This document shows positions 30,898 through 39,566 of a DNA stretch of 64,000 bases, piece by piece. Position 1 is the stretch's first letter. Each line of letters starts with the position of its first letter. Below the pieces are notes generated by a model. The model was not told where the DNA came from. It searched no databases and was given only the letters and a program-made list of their open reading frames with translations. Where the stretch lies: positions 79 to 64,078 of the forward strand of contig CAYIEF010000003.1 of the NCBI GenBank assembly GCA_964362365.1, written 5' to 3'. The translations under genes and the position numbers were made by a program. This DNA is from an uncultured Methanosarcinales archaeon (GTDB taxonomy: Archaea > Nanobdellota > Nanobdellia > Woesearchaeales > GW2011-AR9).

Positions 30898-31063
30898 AAA
30901 TTAGTATAACTGAGATATACTATTTAAAGATTTTGGTAGAAGAGATGCTTTGATGAATTGAAGAAGCCGATGAAGTAAATTTTTAATTTATTTCTCTGTT
31001 CTAGTCTTGTTGTTATTGATTGCAACCTCAAATTTTATAAATCGCTTAGTTCTAACGCAAAAA

Positions 31064-31948
31064 ATGACCAAGACCTCAACAATGCAGCTTAGCGCAGATC
31101 AAATGAGCAAAGAAATTAGAAAAGCTGAGCAAAATGGGACTAGATTATTCTTGTGTGGTTTGATACATAACTACAGTATAAAGAGCCCTGGTGGAGAGAA
31201 AGATTATGTATGTATCCGTGGAGGGAAACGTATTCTTTCTACTAGTGAAATCCTTCATCTCATTCGACCAAATGTAGTGTTAATTGAAGGATATTCCCCC
31301 CATGACACTTATTATAAAGGAGTTAGGCAAGGTTTTAATGATAACTGGAGGCCCAAATACAACTCTCCAGAACTGCGTGAGATGAAAAATGACGCTGATG
31401 ATTTAGATATCCGTGTTAGAGGATGTGATCTATCTTCTTATCCTGAAAAACATAATCTAGTACACGCCTTAGGCTTCAATAAATATTGGGATTTGTACCC
31501 ACGGTTACGGAAAATACTTCAAGAACAGAAGGCAAAGATTACTTCTGACAAATCTATAAAGATGATTGAGCAATTTTTAGCTAATGATTACTCAGGATAT
31601 GATGAATACGATGCTAATGATGTGATGCGGGCTTGTAGAAAAACAAAAGAGATGATTAAAAATATAGAAAAAACTTTTTGTGAAGATGAGGATTTCAGAA
31701 CTTATAAGTTATTCCGTAACGATGCTGAAAGGATGATGAGAAAGTGGTTTAAGATCAGGGATACTAGGGTTTATGAAACTATCGGGCAAGAGTTAGGAGA
31801 GAATAATAATGTTCTTGTTAAAATCGGTCTTTCCCATATTACAAAACCTTGGGGATATTTACCTTCATTATTGAAAACGACGCCTCACTATTCTTTTCTT
31901 AATTTACAAGAACATGACAAAGGAGATCGCGAGATTGATCTCTCCTAA
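31064..31948 (+). CDS. hypothetical protein (possible ChaN/TraB/TIKI-like fold)
   Basis: G..H, VLIEG, IGLSHI motifs; weak assignment. Confidence 0.5.
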   Translation: MTKTSTMQLSADQMSKEIRKAEQNGTRLFLCGLIHNYSIKSPGGEKDYVCIRGGKRILSTSEILHLIRPNVVLIEGYSPHDTYYKGVRQGFNDNWRPKYNSPELREMKNDADDLDIRVRGCDLSSYPEKHNLVHALGFNKYWDLYPRLRKILQEQKAKITSDKSIKMIEQFLANDYSGYDEYDANDVMRACRKTKEMIKNIEKTFCEDEDFRTYKLFRNDAERMMRKWFKIRDTRVYETIGQELGENNNVLVKIGLSHITKPWGYLPSLLKTTPHYSFLNLQEHDKGDREIDLS

Positions 31949-32081
31949 ACCTATCTAAAGTATTTCCCCCATTTCCCACCAAAAACCTTTTAAATAAAGC
32001 CCAAATAAAAGCCTTTGCGTGAATAAAAGAACGGAGGATTCGTGCCCACGCTTATCATACCAGCACGGATAAAAAAGAAAA

Positions 32082-32765
32082 ATGAGTGAATTATTAGTAC
32101 AAGAACGAAGTGTAGTTGTTCCAGGGGAATCTCTTGCCCAAGGCATGGATTTTCTACCAGGAGATAACGCTTACCGAGAGAAAGATAAGATTTATTCTAA
32201 GGTTTTAGGATTAATGTCAGTTTCTGGCCGAGTTATTAAGATAACGCCGTTATCAGGCCCTTACCTGCCTAAAACAGAAGACAAGATCATCGCCAGAGTG
32301 ATGGATATTACTATCAGCGGCTGGCGATTTGATACTGCGACTGCATATTCAGCTATGCTTAATGTCAGAGATGCAACTACTAGATTCGTGAAGAAAGAAG
32401 AAGACTTAAGCCAGATTTTAGCGATCGGCGATTATGCTGTGGTGAAAATCGTCAATGTCACTTCCCAAAATTTGATTGATTTGACCATGAAAGAGCCAGG
32501 CTTACGCAAGATTGTCGGCGGAAGGATCGTCAGCATCAACAGCCAGAAAGTTCCTAGGGTAATTGGAAGACAGGGAAGCATGATCACCTTGATCAAAGAC
32601 AAGACCGGCTGCGATATCACCGTCGGCCAGAATGGTTTAGTCTGGATCAAAGGAACGCCGGAAGGCGAATTAAAGGCTGAAAAAGCGATCAAGCTTATCG
32701 AAGCAAAATCCCACCTGGAAGGGTTGACCGAAAAAATGGAAAAATTCCTAGTGGAGAGTGCATAA
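32082..32765 (+). CDS. rrp4: exosome RNA-binding subunit Rrp4
   Basis: VVPGE, S1 domain, KVPRVIG KH, GQNGLVW. Confidence 0.93.
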   Translation: MSELLVQERSVVVPGESLAQGMDFLPGDNAYREKDKIYSKVLGLMSVSGRVIKITPLSGPYLPKTEDKIIARVMDITISGWRFDTATAYSAMLNVRDATTRFVKKEEDLSQILAIGDYAVVKIVNVTSQNLIDLTMKEPGLRKIVGGRIVSINSQKVPRVIGRQGSMITLIKDKTGCDITVGQNGLVWIKGTPEGELKAEKAIKLIEAKSHLEGLTEKMEKFLVESA

Positions 32766-32766
32766 A

Positions 32767-33480
32767 ATGGTCTATAACAAGCGAGTAGATGGACGTAAGA
32801 TCGATGAGCTTCGCCCGATGGAAGCGAAAGCAGGCGTAGTTAAAAATGCCAATGGCTCCGCTTCTTTCAAGATCGGAAAAACCTGGGCGATTGCCGGTGT
32901 ATATGGTCCGCGAGAAGTAGTGCCACGATTTATGGCCAATCCAAGACATGGTATTTTGAGATGTCATTATACTATGATGCCATTCTCTGGTTCAGGGGAA
33001 CGTATCAAGCCAGGAAGAAGCCGCCGTGCGCAGGAAATTTCTATGGTCATGGAACAGGCGCTAGCACCCGTGGTAGACTTATCTGCATTTCCTAATTCCG
33101 TGGTAGACATCTTTGTAGAACTGCCACAAACTGATGCAGGAACCAGATGCGCAGCTATCTCTGCTGCCTGCATCGCTCTTGCTGATGCAGGAATCCCTAT
33201 GAAGGACATGGTAAGTTCTGTTGCTGTTGGCCAAGTCGATGGCACCGTCGTTGCAGATCTGAATTATAACGAGGAATCATATCCAGCTATCGTGTCTGAC
33301 ATTCCTGTAGCGATGCTGCATAATACCAAAGAAATTTCACTCCTCCAAATGGATGGAGAGATTTCCAAAGAGGACCTTCTCAAGGCTTTAGAACTAGCTA
33401 AAGTTGCTACGGAAAAAGTCTATCAATTGCAAGTAAAAGCGTTAAAAGAGAAATACGCTGTCAATAACGAGGATAATTAA
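32767..33480 (+). CDS. rrp41: exosome exonuclease Rrp41
   Basis: RVDGR..ELRP, VYGPRE, DAGTRCA, LLQMDG. Confidence 0.95.
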   Translation: MVYNKRVDGRKIDELRPMEAKAGVVKNANGSASFKIGKTWAIAGVYGPREVVPRFMANPRHGILRCHYTMMPFSGSGERIKPGRSRRAQEISMVMEQALAPVVDLSAFPNSVVDIFVELPQTDAGTRCAAISAACIALADAGIPMKDMVSSVAVGQVDGTVVADLNYNEESYPAIVSDIPVAMLHNTKEISLLQMDGEISKEDLLKALELAKVATEKVYQLQVKALKEKYAVNNEDN

Positions 33481-33481
33481 A

Positions 33482-34282
33482 ATGATAGTCAATAAAGAAA
33501 CAATCGCAGAATTAGCGAAGGAAAATAAACGATTGGACAACCGTACTTTAACCGAATTCCGCCAGCCGATCCAGATCGAAACTAACATCTCCTGGACTGC
33601 AGAAGGTTCTGCCCGTGTCCAGATCGGTGAAACAGTAGTCATGGCGGGAGTAAAGCTTTCTATAGAAAAACCCTACAACGATACTCCTGACGAAGGCGGC
33701 ATCATGATCAATGCGGAATTGTCTCCGATTGCCAGTCCCGAATTTGAAGCAGGCCCGCCAGGCATGAAAGCAGTAGAACTCGCTCGGGTAGTCGATCGAG
33801 GCATCCGTGAAGCAAAAGCAGTAGATCTCAAGAAGCTCTGCATCGAGCCGGGAGAAAAGGCTTGGTTTGTCATCGTAGACATAATCAGTATCAACGATGA
33901 TGGAAATCTGCTGGATGTAGCAGGATTAGCAGCCCTGGCTGCCTTAAAGACTGCGAAGTTCCCAGTGGTCGATCCAGAAACAGGCGCTATTGATTACAAG
34001 CAAAAAACCGATAAGTCCCTACCCTTGACCAAAGAGCCTTTGCCTATCACTATCTACAAAGTGAATGGCGCTTTAATGGTCGATCCTATTCGCGAAGAAG
34101 AGAAAGCCTACGAAGCGCGATTGACCGTCGGTTCAGATGCGAAAGGAACTATCTCTGCTTTGCAGAAAGGCGGAGATGTGGCTTTGACCAATGAAGAGAT
34201 AGGAAGGATGGTCGATCTGGCTTTAGAAAAGGCAAGCTTTTTAAGAAAAGAGCTTACCAAAGGGCTTAAGCTTAAACAATAA
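33482..34282 (+). CDS. rrp42: exosome subunit Rrp42
   Basis: AEGSARV, ELARVVDRGIRE, DGNL.D. Confidence 0.95.
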   Translation: MIVNKETIAELAKENKRLDNRTLTEFRQPIQIETNISWTAEGSARVQIGETVVMAGVKLSIEKPYNDTPDEGGIMINAELSPIASPEFEAGPPGMKAVELARVVDRGIREAKAVDLKKLCIEPGEKAWFVIVDIISINDDGNLLDVAGLAALAALKTAKFPVVDPETGAIDYKQKTDKSLPLTKEPLPITIYKVNGALMVDPIREEEKAYEARLTVGSDAKGTISALQKGGDVALTNEEIGRMVDLALEKASFLRKELTKGLKLKQ

Positions 34283-34310
34283 TACAAAAACAACAAAAAA
34301 TTAAGACAAA

Positions 34311-34535
34311 ATGGCAAAAAAACAACTAATCGAAGAAGAGATGGAATACACCAAGTACGAGAAAGCTCGCATGATCGGCTCTCGCGCTTTGCAATTATCC
34401 ATGGGCGCGCCATTTCTGGTAAAATTAACGCCGGAAGAATTGACCAAGATGCGTTACGATACGCTAGCGATTGCTTTACTGGAATATGAACAAGGTGTAC
34501 TTCCTATAACGGTTAAAAGGCCTAAGGCAAAATAG
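34311..34535 (+). CDS. rpoK: RNA polymerase subunit K (Rpo6)
   Basis: [28 protein letters not shown]. Confidence 0.95.
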   Translation: MAKKQLIEEEMEYTKYEKARMIGSRALQLSMGAPFLVKLTPEELTKMRYDTLAIALLEYEQGVLPITVKRPKAK

Positions 34536-34556
34536 CCTTTCTTTTTTATCTTTTCC

Positions 34557-34844
34557 ATGAATTCTACTATCACTTCAGAAAAACTAGAAAAATACTTTTC
34601 TATTACAGGAGAAGCGCTCCAAAAAGCTAAACATGCTGTTGATACTTCTCGAAAAGCACAGGCTGAAGACTTCTTGGACATGGCTTCACGCTACGTTGAA
34701 GATGCAGAATATTTTCTTATTAAAAAGAATGATGCTGTCTTAGCCTTTGCTGCACTAAATTATGCTCACGGGTGGTTGGATGCTGGCGCAAGGATAGGGT
34801 TGTTTAAGGTGAACGATAGCAGGCTGTTTACGGTGGATGAGTAA
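34557..34844 (+). CDS. DUF357 protein
   Basis: MA..Y..DA.YF, AFAALNYAHGWLDAG. Confidence 0.88.
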   Translation: MNSTITSEKLEKYFSITGEALQKAKHAVDTSRKAQAEDFLDMASRYVEDAEYFLIKKNDAVLAFAALNYAHGWLDAGARIGLFKVNDSRLFTVDE

Positions 34845-34999
34845 AGAATAATAGAATATTACAACTTCCCATATAACCCCTTAATAGTACTCAAATACAA
34901 AAGTTTTATAAAGCAGGGCTATTCTGGGAGATATAGTTACAATTATCGGGGTTCTAGGTGTTTTATAGGGGCAAGCGCCCAAGGGGAAACAGATACAAT

Positions 35000-35791
35000 A
35001 TGATCGTCCAAAAAGATTTTTTAGAAAGATTGAAAGATTTTGGCTTGAATTCCTACGAACGAAAATTATGGATCGCCCTTCTGTCCAGAGGAGTATCTAC
35101 CGCAGGAGAGTTATCAGACATCTCTAACGTCCCTCGCTCCAGAGCGTATGACGTTCTTGAATCCTTGGAAAAGAAAGGATTTATTGTAGTGAAAGTAGGA
35201 AAGCCAATAAAATATTTAGCCGTCGCCCCTTCAGAAGTTATCGAGCGGGTTAAGAAAAAAGTATCTGAAGAAGCAGATGAGCGCAGCAAGATGCTCTCTC
35301 AATTGAGAGATTCTGAAATCTTGGAACAATTAAATTCATTGCATGCAGAAGGAGTTATCTTAGTGGATCCAACAGATAAATCAGGGTCGTTTAGAGGAAG
35401 GGATAAAGTCTATGAGCATCTCTTTTTGATGTTCAAGAACGCGAAGAAGAATATCACGATCATGACTTCTGCCCAAGGATTAGCTCGAAAAAATGATTCC
35501 TTTGCAAACCATCTGCGCAAAGCTGCCAAAGCTGGAGTGAATGTTCAGATTGTTGTCCCGCCTAATACTGATAAAGAACTTATTGATAACTTTTCACAGT
35601 TTGCAAAAGTGAAGACCAGCAAGAATAGTATAACTAGATTCTGCATGGTCGATGGCAAGGACTTACTGTTATTCTTGACTGATGACCAGAAAGTACACAA
35701 GAGTTACGACTGCGCAGTCTGGGTGGAAGCTCCTTACTTCGTTGAATTCTTTGGGAAGATGTTTGAGCAGGAGTGGAAAGGAAGTAAGTAA
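35000..35791 (+). CDS. TrmB-family transcriptional regulator
   Basis: GLNSYE, VPRSRAYDVLESLEKKGF. Confidence 0.9.
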   Translation: MIVQKDFLERLKDFGLNSYERKLWIALLSRGVSTAGELSDISNVPRSRAYDVLESLEKKGFIVVKVGKPIKYLAVAPSEVIERVKKKVSEEADERSKMLSQLRDSEILEQLNSLHAEGVILVDPTDKSGSFRGRDKVYEHLFLMFKNAKKNITIMTSAQGLARKNDSFANHLRKAAKAGVNVQIVVPPNTDKELIDNFSQFAKVKTSKNSITRFCMVDGKDLLLFLTDDQKVHKSYDCAVWVEAPYFVEFFGKMFEQEWKGSK

Positions 35792-35794
35792 ACA

Positions 35795-36217
35795 ATGCCA
35801 AGACTAACTGATGATGATATCCATGGACTTGTTTATTTAGTTGAAGATTCTAAGCCTAATGCAGGTGAACAACAAGCTGAGCAATCTCTTCACGAATTAA
35901 TAGTTTATCATGGTATTGACGAGGAATTTCTAAACGATAATATTTATGCTTGGCCCCCAGGAAATGCTAAACACATAGCCATGACTAATGGTTGTAAACT
36001 TAGATTTAAAAGTATGAAACAGCTATCGGACAAATCTCACAGAAAATGGATCAGAGTTAATGGACATTTAGTTAGTGACAATGGTTGTAGCATTGGCACA
36101 GTTGTTATTGGTGATAATCCCGAGAAACTAAAAGAAGTATGTGAAACAATTCATCGCAAATATGGCGTTACTCACAAAGAAGACCGTAATCCTTATGGTT
36201 GTCATCCTAAGTGTTAA
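35795..36217 (+). CDS. hypothetical protein
   Basis: Starts 3 nt after TrmB. Confidence 0.55.
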   Translation: MPRLTDDDIHGLVYLVEDSKPNAGEQQAEQSLHELIVYHGIDEEFLNDNIYAWPPGNAKHIAMTNGCKLRFKSMKQLSDKSHRKWIRVNGHLVSDNGCSIGTVVIGDNPEKLKEVCETIHRKYGVTHKEDRNPYGCHPKC

Positions 36218-36434
36218 TATAAATAAAATTTCAACCAATAACTCTTTAACTTTCTTAGAGATTTTTAGTAAATTACTTCTCCATCACAGAAATCCTTATA
36301 ACAGATCCTTTAACAACTTCTAAAGAAAAAAGCGGGTTCGCTTAGTCAAGTTGCGATCGCCACGCAAATATCCTTACCCAGAATGAGATTTAATATAGAT
36401 TGAATATTTAAAACTTTCGTGAAAAAAGTGCAGA

Positions 36435-36550
36435 GCCGAGGTCGCTTAGTCCGGTAGAGCGTCTGCCTGATAAGCAGATATCATTACCCAGGATAGGCGG
36501 GTTCGAACTTTCCTTTCCCACCTCGGGAAGTGGAAGTCCCGCCCTCGGCG
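36435..36550 (+). tRNA. tRNA with anticodon GAT (Ile) but Ser-like type II body; 29-nt intron in the T loop (36508-36536)
   Basis: Acceptor GCCGAGG/CCTCGGC, G73, anticodon arm TCTGC-CTGATAA-GCAGA, 18-nt variable region; BHB removal gives TTCGAAT. Confidence 0.8.
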
Positions 36551-36598
36551 CACAAAAATAACAAATACTTTTTATAATACTATTTCTTCTTCAACTTC

Positions 36599-36943
36599 AT
36601 GGCCCTCAAACAAGTAATCATAGTCCGACAAGACTTACAGCTCCCAAAAGGAAAACTAGCCGCGCAATGCAGCCATGCCGCGGTAGAAGCAGTGCTAAAA
36701 TCTTCTGACAAAAAAGTTTCCACTTGGAGAAAAGAAGGAATGCCCAAGATCGTTCTCAAAGTGAAAGATGAAAAAGAACTGTTACTGTATCTGCAGAAAG
36801 CTAAGGATGATGGATTGACTACAGCTTTGATTACTGATGCTGGCAGGACTGTTGTCGCACCGGGAACTAAAACCTGCGGCGCTATTGGGCCGGATGAAGA
36901 GGAAAAAATTGATGTAGTGTCTGGGAAGTTGCCGTTGTTGTAG
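36599..36943 (+). CDS. pth2: peptidyl-tRNA hydrolase Pth2
   Basis: KQVIIVR.DL, KGKLAAQCSHA, DAGRT..APGT, IGP. Confidence 0.95.
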   Translation: MALKQVIIVRQDLQLPKGKLAAQCSHAAVEAVLKSSDKKVSTWRKEGMPKIVLKVKDEKELLLYLQKAKDDGLTTALITDAGRTVVAPGTKTCGAIGPDEEEKIDVVSGKLPLL

Positions 36944-36991
36944 TAGACCAGAAAAATAGTTATAAAGAATGATTATGCAGACTTCTTTCTC

Positions 36992-37587
36992 GTGGAGAAG
37001 ATAAAACTAAACCCAAAAGAGATTGATCTAGAGCTTCTGAACGAAAACAATAAAAATCATGTAGATACCTTTTCTTCAACAGCCTGTCGGGAGTTAGAAA
37101 AATTTCTTAAAGAAAACGCTTGGAATGAGCAAGTGATTGGTTTTTCGAAGACCTATCTCTTTTTTCATAGAGGGATACTAGCTGGTTATGCCACTATTTT
37201 AATGAATATTCAGAAAATAGACTACGGTCGACAGCATTAACTAAACTGAGAAATAAGACTGACCAAGGATATACTTCAGTTCCAGCGATCAAGATAGGGC
37301 GGTTATGTGTATCTGATGAGTATAATACTCAACTAACAGAGTCTCATTTTTCAGGGATGGGGAAAATAATCTTTTCCGCCGTACTTGGAATGGCTATAGA
37401 ATTGAGTCGGGAAGTAGGATGCCGCCTTATCATTAATCACGCTAAAAAATCGACCAAAGCATACGAATGGTACAAAAAAATTGGTTTTCTTTATTCATTC
37501 AACGAAGAAAAAACAAAAGAATTATTGATGAAAGAAAGTGTCGAATCTATTCCTATGTTATACGATTTACATAGGATATTAAAATAA
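36992..37587 (+). pseudogene. frameshifted GNAT acetyltransferase toxin (AtaT/TacT-like)
   Basis: Frame change near 37200-37240; second frame has PAIKIGRLCV..GMGK..WYKKIGF. Confidence 0.75.
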
Positions 37588-37592
37588 ACAAT

Positions 37593-37751
37593 TTATCTTA
37601 ATTTTAAATTAGGGGGAAGATTTTTAGCTAGTTGGCGGATTTCGCGCTCAGTTTTGGTCAATTTAACCGGCTTTTTTGAGAAGAGTATCTTCAATAACCT
37701 TTCAGCATCTTTTCCTTCCAGTACCGGAGTTTCTTCTATTGCTTTAGCCAT
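37593..37751 (-). CDS. 52-aa putative antitoxin of the GNAT toxin
   Basis: Hand-translated MAKAIEETPVLEGKDAERLL...; TATA upstream. Confidence 0.6.
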   Translation of the reverse strand: MAKAIEETPVLEGKDAERLLKILFSKKPVKLTKTEREIRQLAKNLPPNLKLR

Positions 37752-37860
37752 CTTGGATTAAAGATTGTCCTGTAATATATAATCTTTTTTGTAGAATTAT
37801 GTGAAAATTTTGCATTTTTCCGCAACCTTTTTAAATAACCCGCCTTCTAAACTCCTCGAT

Positions 37861-38169
37861 ATGAAAATTCCTAAGACTATCAAGCGGTTCTGCAGATATT
37901 GCAGAAAGCATACTGAACAGAAAGTCGCTCAAAACAAGAAGAAAGCTCCTAGTTCCTTAAGCCGAGGTTCAAAATATCGAGCCAGATTACGAGGAGCTGC
38001 CAGAGGCACTGGAAATTTAGGAAGATACTCAAAACCAGCAGTTACTAAATTCAAGCGTACCGGAGCAAAAAATACCAAAAAAACTGATTTACGCTATACT
38101 TGTTCGGTTTGCAAGAAAACAAGCTCGCAAAGCAAAGGCATGAGAGCCAAAAAAGTGGAGCTGGTATAA
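37861..38169 (+). CDS. rpl44e: 50S ribosomal protein L44e
   Basis: MKIPK..RFCRYCRKHT, TKK.DLRYTCSVC. Confidence 0.95.
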   Translation: MKIPKTIKRFCRYCRKHTEQKVAQNKKKAPSSLSRGSKYRARLRGAARGTGNLGRYSKPAVTKFKRTGAKNTKKTDLRYTCSVCKKTSSQSKGMRAKKVELV

Positions 38170-38170
38170 A

Positions 38171-38359
38171 ATGAATGGCACAATCCCAAGTCCAAAAAGC
38201 AAATTTATCAAAGTTCGCTGCGCCAAATGTAAGAACGAACAGATCATCTTTGGCAATGCTTCTAATACTGTATTATGTTTAGTGTGCAGCAAAGAAGTGG
38301 CTTACCCTACTGGTGGGAAAGCAAAGATTTCTGCACGGGTGTTGGAAGTGCTGGAATAG
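38171..38359 (+). CDS. rps27e: 30S ribosomal protein S27e
   Basis: PKSKFIKVRCAKC.NEQIIF..C.VC..PTGGKA. Confidence 0.95.
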   Translation: MNGTIPSPKSKFIKVRCAKCKNEQIIFGNASNTVLCLVCSKEVAYPTGGKAKISARVLEVLE

Positions 38360-38383
38360 AGAAGTGTTTACGGAGGAATAAAA

Positions 38384-39232
38384 ATGTCATTAGAAACAAT
38401 CACTGGAAATTTGAAAGATGCGTACAAACAATTGCAGCCAGGCACCATGCTGCACGTTGATGAATTGATGAACGAACGCCGGACAAATGAAGAATTACGC
38501 AGTAATGGCTTTTATACTCCCGATGGAGAAGTGTACTTTCTTTATGGCGTTAATAAAACTCCAATTCTGGCCATGACCAGAGAAGCTCGAAATCCAGTTC
38601 TTAAAAATATTGATGATGCTTTTGAACAGTTGACTACAAAGGGAAATTATGGTGTACAGGGAAAAGATTTCACGAAAGCCATTACTGATGCAGTACTTGT
38701 ATTCTTGCCTAACCTACGATTATCAAAACATGATGCAGAATTTCAATATCTTCCTTTCGGAACAACTCCTGCCAAATACAGTAAATTGAACGATGAAGAA
38801 CGAAAGTTCGCCGAACGTGTCTATGGCCAAGGAGATGATTTTGTCAAGAACATGAAAATGTTGAAAGAGGCAGGCATTGGTGAAACTCGGATTTGGGTTC
38901 TGAATCCAGATTACGTTCGAAAACATGCAGCCGAAGGCGCGATTGCGCGGGCCTCTTGGCTTGACAATTTCTATTATGGATCGCAATTCAATGCCGGTGA
39001 TCGTGATATCAGTAACGACGGCCGCGTCCGTGGGGTACGTCGGGAGGTCGTCGCCGAAGGCGGCGCGCAAAAAAATAAAGGTCCTTATCGCACTGCAGCA
39101 AAAAATGGTTTCGTAACTCATTACGATGCGATTCTTGCTGATCCAGAAGGCGCAGTTAAAGCCATGAATGATAAAACTGCTGCTGGCCTTTCAAGGCTTC
39201 TTTCCAGTTATTTATCTACTCGAGGACAATAA
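38384..39232 (+). CDS. DGR target (variable) protein
   Basis: Contains the VR at residues ~187-218 of 282; GGAGG RBS; no signal peptide or TM segment. Confidence 0.9.
   Translation: MSLETITGNLKDAYKQLQPGTMLHVDELMNERRTNEELRSNGFYTPDGEVYFLYGVNKTPILAMTREARNPVLKNIDDAFEQLTTKGNYGVQGKDFTKAITDAVLVFLPNLRLSKHDAEFQYLPFGTTPAKYSKLNDEERKFAERVYGQGDDFVKNMKMLKEAGIGETRIWVLNPDYVRKHAAEGAIARASWLDNFYYGSQFNAGDRDISNDGRVRGVRREVVAEGGAQKNKGPYRTAAKNGFVTHYDAILADPEGAVKAMNDKTAAGLSRLLSSYLSTRGQ
38943..39037 (+). repeat. DGR variable repeat (VR)
   Basis: 95-bp match to the TR with 14 mismatches, all opposite TR adenines. Confidence 0.95.
39049..39065 (+). other. GAA-triloop hairpin 3' of the VR (candidate DGR homing hairpin)
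   Basis: CGTCGCC-GAA-GGCGGCG, 11 nt after the VR end. Confidence 0.65.
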
Positions 39233-39264
39233 TCTTCTTAAATTTTGTTTTTCTTCTCTTTTTG

Positions 39265-39555
39265 TCTCAGCACTTCCCTCCTCGGGAAGCTGGACTACAC
39301 GCTCTTATGCCAAGGCTTAAGGCGACTGGCTATAAAACCATCAGATTGGACATGTTCTAATTTGATAAGACAGCTGCGACACCTAGCTTACGAGTTATCG
39401 TGAAGCGGCAGAGAAGTGCACGGCATTAAGAGCTACTCACGTTGCGCGGGCCTCTTGGCTTAACAATTTCAATAATGAATCACAATTCAATGCCAATGAT
39501 CGTAATATCAATAACAACAACCGCGTCCGTGGAATAGCCCAGTATAGTGCTGAGA
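39265..39555 (+). ncRNA. structured DGR template RNA enclosing the TR
   Basis: Helices 39265-74/39546-55 (10-bp perfect), 39289-97/39535-43, 39301-11/39422-33, 39340-50/39356-66 (with G:U pairs). Confidence 0.7.
39442..39536 (+). repeat. DGR template repeat (TR)
   Basis: 32 adenines, 11 AAY codons in the VR frame; directly upstream of the RT. Confidence 0.95.
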
Positions 39556-39566
39556 TTTTTTCTTAT

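Noticed and set aside
36515..39289. 15/16-nt match between the tRNA intron hairpin (36515-30) and the DGR RNA hairpin (39274-89)
   Set aside because: Matches of this length are expected by chance in a 64-kb self-comparison, and the match does not extend.
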